Shown: piece after piece, positions 23,988 to 34,170 of the stretch
Layout of the letters: each line of letters starts with the position of its first letter
Numbering within the stretch: position 1 is the stretch's first letter
Assembly: GCA_041170435.1 (NCBI GenBank)
Contig: JBEAYU010000045.1
Location: forward strand, 7,975-71,974
From: Bacteroidota bacterium
Lineage (GTDB): Bacteria > Bacteroidota > Ignavibacteria > Kapaibacteriales > Kapaibacteriaceae
Length of the DNA stretch: 64,000 bases
Reading direction: 5' to 3'
The notes under the pieces: model-generated
The model's input: the letters and a program-made list of their open reading frames with translations, nothing else
The model's database searches: none
Told to the model about the DNA's origin: nothing
Position numbers and translations under genes: made by a program

Positions 23988-25373
23988 CTACCTCTCGCCG
24001 CCCAACATCGCGCCGAGCTTCTTGCGTGGTAGCAGGAACATGGCTACGGCCAGAAGGCTCATGCCGACCATGATGCCGAAGTAGCTTTGGTTACCCATGC
24101 GGTCATAATACGAGCCGATGAAACCGGCCAAGTAGTTGCCGAAGAAGCTCGACAGGTACCAGATACCCATGAACATGCTGACCATGCGGACGGGGGCGAC
24201 CTTTGAGACCATGGCCTGGCCGATAGGGGAGAGGTAGAGCTCGCCGATCGTGAACAGGAACACCACACTGGTGACCCATATCAGATTGAGTTTCTGTCCG
24301 TCCTCGGCCATGCCGGCAACGGCGATCATGACCAGATACGCAATGGCCATAAACACGCAGCCGATGGCCATCTTCACAACTGTCGATGGTTCAGACTTGC
24401 TGCTGCGCTGCCACGCCCAAAAGCGATTCAGCAAGGGGGCAAGCAGCACTATGAAAAATGGGTTGAGCGACTGAAACCACGAAGAAGGAACATCAATCCC
24501 AAGGATCGACCAGCTCGTTTTCTCGTCGGCCCATACCTGCAAGGTGTTGCCCTGCTGCTCGTACACACCCCAAAACAAGATGTTCACAAAGCACAAGTAT
24601 CCGATCACGATCAGGGGGCGAACCCAGCCCTGATCGACATTTGCATGTTCGGTTGTTGGCATTGCAGAGCGCTGACCCTGCTTGGGAAGATGCTTGGTGC
24701 CCATCCAGTATATGAACGTGCCAACAAGCATGCCAACGCCGGCAGCTCCAAATCCCCAGTGCCAGCCCCATGTCTGCCCAAGTGTTCCGCAGACGAGAGG
24801 TGAGAAGAAGGCACCGAGGTTCACGCCCATGTAATAGATCGTATAGGCACTGTCGATGCGCTGATCGCCCGGCTCATACAGCGTGCCCACCTGCGCACCG
24901 AGGTTCGGCTTGAACATGCCGTTGCCCATGATCAGAAACAGAAGCGCCAGAAGAAACATCGACTCAAACGCCATCATGAAGTGACCGATGGCCATGAAGA
25001 TCGCACCGAGATACACTGCATTGGTTTTGCCAAGGTGCCGGTCGGCTAGCCATCCGCCAATGAACGGAGTGAAGTAGACAAATCCCGTGTAGAGACCGTA
25101 GATCTGCGACGAAACGCCGATGACCGATAGGGGGCCGAACAGACTTGTCAGCATGTTGGTCAGCGCCGTGTACCCAAGGACATTGCCGGAGATCTGCGGG
25201 TCAAGCAAGAGATACTTCGTCATATACAGCACCAACAGTGCGCGCATGCCGTAGTAGCTGAAGCGTTCCCACATCTCGGTCAGGAACAGGTATGACAGAC
25301 CGATCGGGTGACCAAGAAACTCCTTCGTTGACGCCGCCATGCTCGCCCCTTGCTGATGAAGTAAAGTGTCCAA
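23988..25373 (-). CDS. Proton-dependent oligopeptide transporter (POT/PTR2, DtpT-like)
   Basis: GHPIGLSYLFLTEMWERFSYYGMRALLVLYM signature. About 12-14 TM helices. The start could be the second Met (25340). Confidence 0.9.
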   Translation of the reverse strand: MDTLLHQQGASMAASTKEFLGHPIGLSYLFLTEMWERFSYYGMRALLVLYMTKYLLLDPQISGNVLGYTALTNMLTSLFGPLSVIGVSSQIYGLYTGFVYFTPFIGGWLADRHLGKTNAVYLGAIFMAIGHFMMAFESMFLLALLFLIMGNGMFKPNLGAQVGTLYEPGDQRIDSAYTIYYMGVNLGAFFSPLVCGTLGQTWGWHWGFGAAGVGMLVGTFIYWMGTKHLPKQGQRSAMPTTEHANVDQGWVRPLIVIGYLCFVNILFWGVYEQQGNTLQVWADEKTSWSILGIDVPSSWFQSLNPFFIVLLAPLLNRFWAWQRSSKSEPSTVVKMAIGCVFMAIAYLVMIAVAGMAEDGQKLNLIWVTSVVFLFTIGELYLSPIGQAMVSKVAPVRMVSMFMGIWYLSSFFGNYLAGFIGSYYDRMGNQSYFGIMVGMSLLAVAMFLLPRKKLGAMLGGER

Positions 25374-25481
25374 CTCGTGCTGCCTCCATTGGCATCGGTC
25401 GCAAGATATTCCATTGCACGGGACTGTTGCGACATCTATTTTGTGGAACCATATTCAGACCATTATCAGTCCGGCTGCATC

Positions 25482-25772
25482 ATGAAAGATCTTGAGAACA
25501 TCAAGCCAATTAGTTACTTCAAGGCTAATGCGGCTGAAATGCTGGATGCACTCCGCGAGACCGGTGTGCCGTATGTGATCACCCAGAATGGAGAGGCCGC
25601 TGCTGTGCTTGTTGACTCACGTGAGTACTCCAAGATGCAGCGTGCCATTGAGCTGCTCCGTCTCATTCAGATGGGTGAGATGGACATTGCACGCGGTAAG
25701 ATCATGGGCGTCGATCAGGCCCGAGCATCAATCACGAAGGCACGACGGAAACGAGCTGATGCCTCCGCATGA
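25482..25772 (+). CDS. Type II antitoxin, Phd/YefM family
   Basis: MKDLENIKPISYFKANAAEMLDALRETGVPYVITQNGEAAAVLV. Start at the internal ATG at 25482. ATGA overlap with the toxin gene. Confidence 0.8.
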   Translation: MKDLENIKPISYFKANAAEMLDALRETGVPYVITQNGEAAAVLVDSREYSKMQRAIELLRLIQMGEMDIARGKIMGVDQARASITKARRKRADASA

Positions 25773-26095
25773 AGCAGTTCACGGTTGCTCTTACGGACGG
25801 CGGCGTGCAGGACCTCACGGCCATCGACGAATGGGTGTCCTCGTCGAAGGGGCCTCATCCCGCCGAACGGCTCGTCGATGCCCTTCTCGATCGTATCGAT
25901 GCCCTAGCACGGCTTCCGAACCGTGGCTCTGCGCTTCCCGAGTTCCACGGTCTGGTCTATCCGGACTACCGCCAGGTTGTCTGCCGCGGCTACCGCATCA
26001 TATACCGTATCGATCGTGAGACGGTGTACGTGCTTGCCGTCATCCATCAGAGGAGAGATATAGCAAGTGCGATGCTGAGCAGGTTGCAGGAGTAG
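25769..26095 (+). CDS. Type II toxin, RelE/ParE family
   Basis: 108 aa. C-terminal YRIIYRIDRETVYVLAVIHQRRD is typical of ParE/RelE toxins. Coupled to the upstream antitoxin. Confidence 0.8.
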   Translation: MKQFTVALTDGGVQDLTAIDEWVSSSKGPHPAERLVDALLDRIDALARLPNRGSALPEFHGLVYPDYRQVVCRGYRIIYRIDRETVYVLAVIHQRRDIASAMLSRLQE

Positions 26096-26098
26096 TAC

Positions 26099-26114
26099 CT
26101 CCGTAACTCCGTAA
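26099..26114. repeat. Two tandem octamers CTCCGTAA immediately after the toxin stop
   Basis: Direct reading. The reverse complement (TTACGGAG) contains GTTACGG-like units related to the GTKACRR heptamers. Each unit carries a TAA. Confidence 0.7.
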
Positions 26115-26123
26115 CTTTGAGTC

Positions 26124-28040
26124 ATGATCAACATCACCTTACCGAATGGCGATGTGCGCCAGTACCCTGTCGGGACGACTGGGATGGACATCGCCAAGAG
26201 CATCTCCGACGGGCTTGCGCGCGTGGCGGTCGGCATCTTCGTGAACGAGAAACCCTATGACCTGTCACGTCCGATCGAGATGGACGCGTCAATTCGGATT
26301 GTCACGTTCGAGCAGGAAGAGGGCAAGGAGATCTTCTGGCACTCCACGGCTCACCTGATGGCTGAGGCTTTGGAGGCGATGTATCCGGGTGTGAAGTTTG
26401 GCATCGGACCACCGATCGAGCAGGGTTTCTACTATGACGTCGATCTGCCGGGCGATGCTAAGCTCAGTGTTGATGATCTCCCGAAGATCGAAGCCAAGAT
26501 GTCTGAACTCGTCAAGCGCGACGTGCCGTATGAGCGCGTGGAGATGACCTGGGATGATGCCGTTGCCTATTTCAGAGAAAAGGGTGACGAGTACAAATTG
26601 GAACTTCTCGAGGGACTCAAGGACTCCGAGATCACGTTCTACCGTCAAGGTGCGTTCACGGACCTGTGCCGCGGCACGCACGTACCCTCGACCGGACATA
26701 TCAAGTATCCCAAGCTCCTTAGCGTGGCCGGTGCCTACTGGCGCGGCGATTCCGACCGTAAGCAGCTCACGCGCATCTACGGCATCTCCTTCCCCAAGAA
26801 GGCACAGCTGGATGAATTCCTCACGCTCCGTGAGGAGGCCGAGCGACGTGACCATCGTAAACTCGGCAAGGAACTTGAACTCTACATGATCACACCGATG
26901 GTGGGAGGGGGCTTGCCGGTATGGCTCCCGAACGGCACCACTTTGCGACGCAGACTCGAAGCATTCCTTCGCGACGAGCAGATCCGCCGCGGTTACCAAG
27001 AAGTGATCACGCCACACATCGGCAACCTGGAGCTGTACAAGACCAGTGGACACTACCCGTACTATGCCGACTCGCAGTACGATCCAATCACGGTGGAAGA
27101 CGAACAGTATCTGCTCAAGCCGATGAACTGTCCGCATCACCATCAGATCTACGCCAACAAGCCGCGTTCATACCGTGATCTTCCGTTGCGGTTCTCGGAG
27201 TTCGGAACGGTATATCGCTACGAACAGTCGGGCGAGCTCAATGGGCTCTCTCGCGTGCGCGGCTTTACGCAGGACGATGCACATATCTACTGCACGCACG
27301 ATCAACTCAAGGACGAGATCAAGAACGTTGTTGAGCTGACGCAGCACGTGTTCCGCACCTTTGGCATGGACGTTTCAACGCGACTGTCCTTCCGTGATGA
27401 TAACGCCTCTAAGTATGGTGGTGATCTCGAGTTCTGGGAGCGCTCGGAGCGTGAGCTCAAAGAAGTTGCCGACGAAATGGGTCTTGAGTACTTCATCGGA
27501 CTCGGTGAAGCGGCATTCTACGGTCCAAAGATCGACTTCATCGTGCGGGACGCAATCGGCCGTAAGTGGCAGCTGGGCACCGTGCAGGTTGACTACGTGA
27601 TGCCCGAGCGGTTCAAGCTTGAGTACGTTGGTGCAGATAACCAGAAGCACCGTCCGGTGATCGTCCACCGAGCCCCCTTCGGCTCGATGGAGCGCTTCAT
27701 CTCGATTCTCATCGAACATTATGCGGGCAACTTCCCGTTCTGGATCGCGCCGACGCAGGTGAGTATCCTGCCCATTGCCGATGCACATCACACGTTTGCT
27801 CAGGATCTGGCAGCAGAGTTCGAGGCTATGGGGCTACGCGTTCATTGCGACCTGCGCAACGAGAAGATCAACCGCAAGGTGGCCGAGAGCGAGCAGAAGA
27901 AGATCCCGTATGCACTGGTGATCGGCTCCAAGGAGATCGAGAACGACGCCGTCGCCGTGCGCGTGCATGGTCAGGGTGATAAGGGGCAAATGAAGGTCGC
28001 TGACGTCAAGGGGCTCTTCACCGAGTTGAACAAGCCCTGA
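26124..28040 (+). CDS. thrS: Threonine--tRNA ligase
   Basis: TGS domain, second additional domain (HSTAHLMAEA), class II core (FRDEQIRRGY..., HRAPFGSMERF), anticodon-binding domain. 638 aa. Confidence 0.97.
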   Translation: MINITLPNGDVRQYPVGTTGMDIAKSISDGLARVAVGIFVNEKPYDLSRPIEMDASIRIVTFEQEEGKEIFWHSTAHLMAEALEAMYPGVKFGIGPPIEQGFYYDVDLPGDAKLSVDDLPKIEAKMSELVKRDVPYERVEMTWDDAVAYFREKGDEYKLELLEGLKDSEITFYRQGAFTDLCRGTHVPSTGHIKYPKLLSVAGAYWRGDSDRKQLTRIYGISFPKKAQLDEFLTLREEAERRDHRKLGKELELYMITPMVGGGLPVWLPNGTTLRRRLEAFLRDEQIRRGYQEVITPHIGNLELYKTSGHYPYYADSQYDPITVEDEQYLLKPMNCPHHHQIYANKPRSYRDLPLRFSEFGTVYRYEQSGELNGLSRVRGFTQDDAHIYCTHDQLKDEIKNVVELTQHVFRTFGMDVSTRLSFRDDNASKYGGDLEFWERSERELKEVADEMGLEYFIGLGEAAFYGPKIDFIVRDAIGRKWQLGTVQVDYVMPERFKLEYVGADNQKHRPVIVHRAPFGSMERFISILIEHYAGNFPFWIAPTQVSILPIADAHHTFAQDLAAEFEAMGLRVHCDLRNEKINRKVAESEQKKIPYALVIGSKEIENDAVAVRVHGQGDKGQMKVADVKGLFTELNKP

Positions 28041-28049
28041 TATCCAGCC

Positions 28050-29081
28050 ATGATGACGCTGACATCGACGCAGTGGATCATGGTGGTGACGATGCTTGCC
28101 GCAAGCATCGTTCTTGCTTGGGTACTTCGGCAGATCATCAGTAGCATCATCAGGCGGGCCGTGCGACGCGTGCTGCGCTCGGAGCCGAATGCGGGCCTCG
28201 TCCGATCGGTCGCGCGAAGTCTTGCCCTCATGATCGTGGCGGAGGCTGACAGTGTGCTTCTGCCGATGCTCGTTCTGGCTGATACGGTCACCGCGCGTGT
28301 TTCTACGACGCTGGACGCGCTTGCCATAGCATTTTTGTCCATTGCGATCTACCGGTTTGTCGATCTCGTTTGTGCTCGTGCCGTGCTCCATCTCATGCGC
28401 GCACGAACAGATGGACACGAGATCGCCGAGACGCTCGCCCCCTTGGTGGCCTCCACGATAAAGGTTCTCGTGGCTGTTGTGGGCGTCATGACTGTGCTCG
28501 GTTTTCTTGGGGTGAACGTTGCGGCCATCATCACCGGTCTGTCCATCGGAGGCGCTGCCTTGGCACTTGCCTCGCAGGACACGGTGAAGAACCTCTTCGG
28601 TTCTCTTGTGATCATCACGGATCGTCCGTTCGTTGTCGGGGATTGGATCTCTACGCCGGGAGCTGAGGGTGTTGTGCGAGAGATCGGATTTCGTAGCACA
28701 CGCATTGTCACGTCCACCGGTAGTCTCATCACGCTTTCAAATGGAAAACTCGCCGACGCGACGATCGACAACATTGGCATCAAGAAACGTCACCAGCTCA
28801 GCACTTCGATCACACTTGACGCTTCGTCATCCAGGACCGGCATCGCATCATTCATCGAGCGCGTCACGGACCATCTTCTGCAGAGTGTGGACGTGATGCA
28901 AGATGAGCCCATGAATGTGACCATTCGTGAGATCTCGCCGACGGGCATTGTCGTGAACATCATGTTTCACGTGCGTGCATCGCGTCAGCCTGAAGCGGCT
29001 GGCATCCTCCATCGGCTTCACCTTGTGATGCTTGCAAGTGCAGACGAGGCTTCGGTCACCCTTGCCAAAACAACGTCATGA
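28050..29081 (+). CDS. Mechanosensitive ion channel (MscS family)
   Basis: TM helices followed by [17 protein letters not shown], the MscS beta-domain signature. Confidence 0.85.
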   Translation: MMTLTSTQWIMVVTMLAASIVLAWVLRQIISSIIRRAVRRVLRSEPNAGLVRSVARSLALMIVAEADSVLLPMLVLADTVTARVSTTLDALAIAFLSIAIYRFVDLVCARAVLHLMRARTDGHEIAETLAPLVASTIKVLVAVVGVMTVLGFLGVNVAAIITGLSIGGAALALASQDTVKNLFGSLVIITDRPFVVGDWISTPGAEGVVREIGFRSTRIVTSTGSLITLSNGKLADATIDNIGIKKRHQLSTSITLDASSSRTGIASFIERVTDHLLQSVDVMQDEPMNVTIREISPTGIVVNIMFHVRASRQPEAAGILHRLHLVMLASADEASVTLAKTTS

Positions 29082-29431
29082 CAACCAAAGAACACCTCGC
29101 CAAAAAGGCCACTGAGCGTGGACTCGGCACGCATGCACGACATATCTTCCTGTGCGCCACACCCACCAAGCCCAAGTGCTGTGCACCCGAGAAGGGATCC
29201 GAAAGCTGGGATTATCTCAAGCATCGACTCAAGGAGCTGGGCATGGACGACAGTGGTGGCGTGTATCGCACAAAGGCCGACTGTTTGCGTGTATGCCTGA
29301 AGGGACCCATTGCAGTGGTCCACCCAGACAACGTCTGGTATCACTCCTGCACGCCAAAGGTTTTGGAGCGCATCATTCAGGAGCACCTCATCGGTGGAAC
29401 ACCGGTCGAAGAGTATCGACTAAAGGCCTAA
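29078..29431 (+). CDS. Thioredoxin-like [2Fe-2S] ferredoxin family protein
   Basis: [14 protein letters not shown]...[20 protein letters not shown] gives the Cys pattern of (2Fe-2S) ferredoxin-domain proteins. ATGA overlap with the mscS-like stop. Confidence 0.7.
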   Translation: MTTKEHLAKKATERGLGTHARHIFLCATPTKPKCCAPEKGSESWDYLKHRLKELGMDDSGGVYRTKADCLRVCLKGPIAVVHPDNVWYHSCTPKVLERIIQEHLIGGTPVEEYRLKA

Positions 29432-29433
29432 GG

Positions 29434-30096
29434 TCAGGGGGCCTTGAGCAGTTGCACAACATGGATGTGCACGGCAATGTAGGCCAATGCCAGCGGCGTT
29501 ATCAGGCCGATGCGCGAAACGGAGGTGCGTACGCGCGACACCATGTGTGGGGGAATGAATCGGAAGGAGAAAAACGCACTACGGATGCCATGGTGTAGAT
29601 GAGATGCAAGAGCCACCATGCAGACAACATAGAAGAGCGTGTACCATGGCGAAGCAAACGCTTCGTGTGCCATCTTGTACAGATCTGCCGGAGCCCCTTC
29701 AGCGGCAAAGCGATTTGGGATGAAGAACCGGTCGAGGTGGACCACAAGAAAAATCAGGATGACGATGCCGGTCCATCCAACCAGATGCGTTGACACGCTC
29801 TGCTGGGGCCGCTTTGTGGGATGTTGCTGCATGAAGCGACGGTGTTGACGTCGCATGTACAGCCCCAAGCCTATGTGTAGCGCAAAGAGCGCGAACAATG
29901 CCACTTCGGCAATGCGGATGGCCAATGCGTGCCCCATGGTCTCGGTGAACCATCTGTATGGCGCTGGATCGGAAAGCAGCAGAAGGCTGTTGCCAAGGAC
30001 GTGTTCAACGCAGAAGACAAGCAGGAGCATGCCGGTACTGGCTTCGACCATCTTGCGTCCGCGGACCGTGGCAAGCCCCTTGAGAGCCGACAACAT
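29434..30096 (-). CDS. Succinate dehydrogenase/fumarate reductase cytochrome b subunit-like protein (b558 family), orphan
   Basis: Five TM helices with conserved His positions (RGRKMVEASTG...EHVLGN, ALHIGLG, VVHLDRF, SHLHHGIRSAF). Start moved to Met at 30096 to remove overlap. No sdhA/sdhB adjacent. Confidence 0.5.
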   Translation of the reverse strand: MLSALKGLATVRGRKMVEASTGMLLLVFCVEHVLGNSLLLLSDPAPYRWFTETMGHALAIRIAEVALFALFALHIGLGLYMRRQHRRFMQQHPTKRPQQSVSTHLVGWTGIVILIFLVVHLDRFFIPNRFAAEGAPADLYKMAHEAFASPWYTLFYVVCMVALASHLHHGIRSAFFSFRFIPPHMVSRVRTSVSRIGLITPLALAYIAVHIHVVQLLKAP

Positions 30097-30100
30097 GCCG

Positions 30101-30418
30101 TTAGCGCTCCGTTGACCAGATGCGCTCGGAGACGCTCCGCGTGGCGACCACACGATCGCCGAAAATCCGTGTATGATCGGCCATCAGGGCTGGTGCGAAC
30201 TCAGTGCGGTAGCGCGTGAGCTTGTCCTGACTCTCGCACGTATAGCGCACGCGAAACGTGGTGTGACCATCCGTTGAGGGATCGGTAAGACGATGCAGCT
30301 CGGAGCTGACGAGCATGCCGGTGTTAACGACGTCATCAATGTGATGGGACGTCATGTACTCCAACCACTGCTCGACCAGATCGTCTGGTACGATGACTTC
30401 GACCTGATAGATGATCAT
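30101..30418 (-). CDS. DUF4286 family protein
   Basis: MIIYQVEVIVPDDLVEQWLEYMTSHHIDDVVNTG matches my recollection of DUF4286 proteins. 105 aa. Confidence 0.65.
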   Translation of the reverse strand: MIIYQVEVIVPDDLVEQWLEYMTSHHIDDVVNTGMLVSSELHRLTDPSTDGHTTFRVRYTCESQDKLTRYRTEFAPALMADHTRIFGDRVVATRSVSERIWSTER

Positions 30419-31749
30419 GCTCGGGAAGGGGCTGGAGGTGGTAGTGTTCGTTTGAGAATGATCGCGCCAACGACGGCAGAGAGAGCCGAACCGGCAAGGA
30501 CGCTAAGCTTTGCCATGTCCAGATGCTGTGGTTGGATAAAGGCAAGGTTCGCCACAAAGAGTGCCATCGTAAAGCCGATGCCGCAGAGCAGCGAAACGCC
30601 ATACATCTGCACCATGGTGACCCCAGCAGGAAGACGCGTAAGCCCCATGCGCACCGATAGCCACACCGAACCGGTGATGCCGATCTGCTTGCCAAGGAAC
30701 AAGCCGAGGGCTATTCCGAGGCCTACCGGACTGGTAAGACCGGCAAGCATTGATGGTGAGATCACCACGCCGGCATTGACCAGCGCGAACAATGGCATGA
30801 TGCCAAATGACACGACCTTGCTGAGTCCATGCTCGATGCGATGCAATGGTGTTTGCACGTGTTCACACATCTCTTCGAGCGCGTGTACGGCATCGAGTTG
30901 TTTACCCTCGTCTTCATCGGTCTGCGTTCGACGACTGATCTGCTCGATCAGATCACGCGAGCGAGTGAAGAACGAAATGCGGTCGATACGAGAATGCGCC
31001 GGAATGCACATTGCCAGGGCGACGCCGGCAATGGTGGCGTGGATGCCACTGGCAAGTACCACAAGCCAAAGAGCAAAGCCCAGGAGCCCGTAGAACCATA
31101 GCGAGTGGATGCCAAGGCGATTTCCCCCGTAGAGCACCACCACAATGAGCAACGCCAGCAGGAGCATCGGAATGTTGAGGGCTGCCGTGTAGAAGATCGC
31201 GATCACAAGGACGGCCAGCAGATCGTCGACGATGGCCAGAGCGGCAAGAAAGACCCTCAAACCGGTCGGAATTCTGTCACCCAACAGCGCCAGTACGCCC
31301 AGAGCAAAGGCGATATCGGTTGCCACCGGAACCCCCCAGCCCCGTGCCGCATCCGAACCAGCATTGAAAAGGAGGTAGGTGACGGCCGGCCCTACCATGC
31401 CAAAGACGGCGGCGATCATCGGAAGAAGGGCCTTCTGGCGAGAAGAGAGTTCGCCCACTAAGAGTTCGCGCTTGATCTCGAGTCCGACGACCAAGAAGAA
31501 GAGCACCATGAGGCCGTCGTTGACGAAGTGTGCAAGAGAGAACGACAGGTCCAACGGACCGAGCACGAACCGTACTGGCTGATGCAGAAAAGCCTCGTAG
31601 CTGCTGTGCCAAGGGGAGTTGGTCCAAAGCAGTGCCAGGGCCGTTACCGCCAGGATGGTGATCCCGGTGGAGGTCGTTCGCTGCACAAACTCGGCGAATG
31701 AACTCTGCACTGCCGTCGAGAGGCGCTGGAAGCGTGTTGCTGGAGTCAT
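30415..31749 (-). CDS. nhaA: Na+/H+ antiporter NhaA
   Basis: LSFSLAHFVNDGLMVLFFLVVGLEIKRELLVGELS and ATDIAFALGVLALLG signatures. Confidence 0.92.
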   Translation of the reverse strand: MTPATRFQRLSTAVQSSFAEFVQRTTSTGITILAVTALALLWTNSPWHSSYEAFLHQPVRFVLGPLDLSFSLAHFVNDGLMVLFFLVVGLEIKRELLVGELSSRQKALLPMIAAVFGMVGPAVTYLLFNAGSDAARGWGVPVATDIAFALGVLALLGDRIPTGLRVFLAALAIVDDLLAVLVIAIFYTAALNIPMLLLALLIVVVLYGGNRLGIHSLWFYGLLGFALWLVVLASGIHATIAGVALAMCIPAHSRIDRISFFTRSRDLIEQISRRTQTDEDEGKQLDAVHALEEMCEHVQTPLHRIEHGLSKVVSFGIMPLFALVNAGVVISPSMLAGLTSPVGLGIALGLFLGKQIGITGSVWLSVRMGLTRLPAGVTMVQMYGVSLLCGIGFTMALFVANLAFIQPQHLDMAKLSVLAGSALSAVVGAIILKRTLPPPAPSRA

Positions 31750-32612
31750 GTTCGTACGATCGACTCACAATACTGACGGTAACTTGAGTTCGGCAGCTGT
31801 GCCACACTCGCCAGGAACTCCTCCGTCGAAAGAAAGCCTTGCTGCAGTGCAACCTCTTCAGGACATCCGATCTTGAGGCCCTGACGCTTTTCAATCGCGT
31901 GAATGAAGGTGCTTGCATCAAGCAAACTCTCAGGCGTTCCGGTATCAAGCCATGCCACGCCCCTTCCGATCATCTCCACGTTCAGTGCGCCACGTTCAAG
32001 GTAGATGCGGTGCACGTCTGTGATCTCGAGCTCGCCACGTTTTCCCGGTTGAAGATTGGCGGCTATCTCGACAACATCGTTGTTGTACACGTAGAGTCCA
32101 GGAATGGCCAGATTCGACTTCGGCTTGGCCGGTTTTTCCTCGATCGAAAGGACCTTGCCGCCCGGCCCCATTTCCACTACTCCGTAACGCTCCGGGTCCG
32201 TCACCGGATACCCGAAGACCGTTGCCCCGGCATTGTTGGCGATGGCACGGCGGTAGAAGTCGAGCTTGCCATAGAAGATGTTGTCGCCCAGGATCAGCGA
32301 TACCGAGTCGCGGCCAACAAACTCGCGTCCAACTCGAAAGGCATCGGCAAGCCCCCTCGGAGCATCCTGAACCACGTACTGCAGGGAGATACCGTAGCGA
32401 GAACCGTCCCCGAGAAGTCTCTCAAAGGTTGGCGTGTCCTGCGGCGTCGAGATCACCAGAATGTCACGTATCCCGGCCATCATCAACGTCGATAGCGGGT
32501 AGAAGATCATCGGTTTGTCATACACCGGCTGCAGCTGCTTCGAAAAGGCAGCCGTCAGGGGGTAGAGACGCGATCCGCTACCGCCTGCGAGGATTATTCC
32601 GCGAGTTGTCAT
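31746..32612 (-). CDS. rfbA: Glucose-1-phosphate thymidylyltransferase
   Basis: GIILAGGSGSRLYPLT, YDKPMIYYPLS-like and LGDNIFYG motifs. 288 aa. Confidence 0.93.
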   Translation of the reverse strand: MTTRGIILAGGSGSRLYPLTAAFSKQLQPVYDKPMIFYPLSTLMMAGIRDILVISTPQDTPTFERLLGDGSRYGISLQYVVQDAPRGLADAFRVGREFVGRDSVSLILGDNIFYGKLDFYRRAIANNAGATVFGYPVTDPERYGVVEMGPGGKVLSIEEKPAKPKSNLAIPGLYVYNNDVVEIAANLQPGKRGELEITDVHRIYLERGALNVEMIGRGVAWLDTGTPESLLDASTFIHAIEKRQGLKIGCPEEVALQQGFLSTEEFLASVAQLPNSSYRQYCESIVRT

Positions 32613-32677
32613 GCGGCGAAGTTACGGCCCATGGGTGCCACGTCGAAGTGGCCTGACACGTGCAGTGGGGAAGGGGG

Positions 32678-33385
32678 CTAGTCGTTGTCCCGTTCGTGAA
32701 TCGCCTTGATGACGTCCACGCCGTCTTCGTTGACTGCGCGGTGACGGACGAGTTTGGCTTCGGACAGGAAGATGACGTTCTCGGCGATGTTCGTCGCGTG
32801 ATCTGCCATGCGCTCGAGGTTATACAATCCAACCAGGACGATGGCGCCGTCAGGAACCAGAGAACTATCCTCCTTCATGATCTCGATCAGTTCGGCCCGG
32901 ATCACGTCATAGAGGTGGTCAACGTTCGAGTCCGATGGAAGGATATGCGCGGCAAGTTCGGGGTCATTGTTGATGAATGCATCAAGACTCGACTTCAACA
33001 TCGTGTACGCAGCATTGGCGATACGATGAAGATCGATCTGATTGGCCAGCTTCACGGCATCGGGCGATTCGATCACGATCGAGGCCACGTTCGTTGCCAT
33101 ATCTCCGATACGCTCGAGTTCGTTGTTGATCTTGATGGCGGCCAGGAGAAGACGTAGATCGGTTGCCACCGGCTGGTTGAGAGCGAAGATGCGCTGACAT
33201 TGCTTGTCGATCTTGAGGTCGAGTTTATCGACCTTGTCATCGCGCTCCACAACGATCCGTGCAAGCTCTTGGTTGCCTTCGCGCAATGAGCGCAGGGCGA
33301 ATTCGACCTGCTCCTCGACCAGTGATCCCATGCGGATCAGGCGCGTGCGGAGTTTGTCGAGATCTTCTTCAAATGTTCTATTCAT
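32678..33385 (-). CDS. phoU: Phosphate signalling complex protein PhoU
   Basis: Two PhoU repeats (ERIGDMATNVA / ERMADHATNIAE). Last gene of the pst operon. Confidence 0.93.
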   Translation of the reverse strand: MNRTFEEDLDKLRTRLIRMGSLVEEQVEFALRSLREGNQELARIVVERDDKVDKLDLKIDKQCQRIFALNQPVATDLRLLLAAIKINNELERIGDMATNVASIVIESPDAVKLANQIDLHRIANAAYTMLKSSLDAFINNDPELAAHILPSDSNVDHLYDVIRAELIEIMKEDSSLVPDGAIVLVGLYNLERMADHATNIAENVIFLSEAKLVRHRAVNEDGVDVIKAIHERDND

Positions 33386-33389
33386 GGGC

Positions 33390-34157
33390 TTATCCGAAAC
33401 GACCGGTGATGTAGTCTTCGGTCTCCTTCTTTGAAGGGCTGGTAAAGATCGACCTTGTGCGATCGAACTCGATCAGTGAACCCATCAAGAAGAAGCCGGT
33501 GAAATCCGAAACACGTGCGGCCTGTTGCATGTTGTGTGTCACAAGCACGATCGTGTAGGCATCTTTCAATTCCGTGATCAACTCTTCGACCTTTCCCGTC
33601 GAGATCGGGTCGAGTGCCGAGCACGGTTCATCCATCAAGAGAATGTCCGGGTTGATAGCAATTGCGCGTGCTATACAGAGTCGCTGCTGCTGTCCTCCGG
33701 AGAGTCCGAGCGCCGAGTGATGAAGTCGATCCTTTACCTCATCCCAGAGCGCCGACCTTCTAAGGCACGATTCGACGATCGAGTCGAGATCTGATTTTGA
33801 AGGGCGCTCGTTAAGCGTCAGACCATATGTAATGTTCTCGTAGATCGATTTCGGAAAGGGGATGGACTTCTGGAACACCATGCCTATGCGGCGCCGAAGG
33901 GTCACAACGTCCACATCCTTGGAATAGACATCGATTCCATCCACCACCATGTGACCGTCGGTCCTCGTCCCGTCGATGAGATCGTTCATCCGATTGATCG
34001 AGCGCAGAAACGTGGACTTCCCACATCCCGACGGCCCGATGAAGGCCGTTACCCGACGCTCGGGAATGCCGATCGTGATGCTGTGCAGCGCTTGCTTCGA
34101 CCCGTAGTAAAAGCTAAAGTCGTGCGCTTCGATCTTAAGAGGTAGGTCTTTTGCCAT
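33390..34157 (-). CDS. pstB: Phosphate ABC transporter ATP-binding protein
   Basis: Walker [10 protein letters not shown], signature LSGGQQQRL, Walker B ILLMDEP. PstB-specific N-terminus. Confidence 0.96.
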   Translation of the reverse strand: MAKDLPLKIEAHDFSFYYGSKQALHSITIGIPERRVTAFIGPSGCGKSTFLRSINRMNDLIDGTRTDGHMVVDGIDVYSKDVDVVTLRRRIGMVFQKSIPFPKSIYENITYGLTLNERPSKSDLDSIVESCLRRSALWDEVKDRLHHSALGLSGGQQQRLCIARAIAINPDILLMDEPCSALDPISTGKVEELITELKDAYTIVLVTHNMQQAARVSDFTGFFLMGSLIEFDRTRSIFTSPSKKETEDYITGRFG

Positions 34158-34170
34158 GGAAGGGGGCTCC

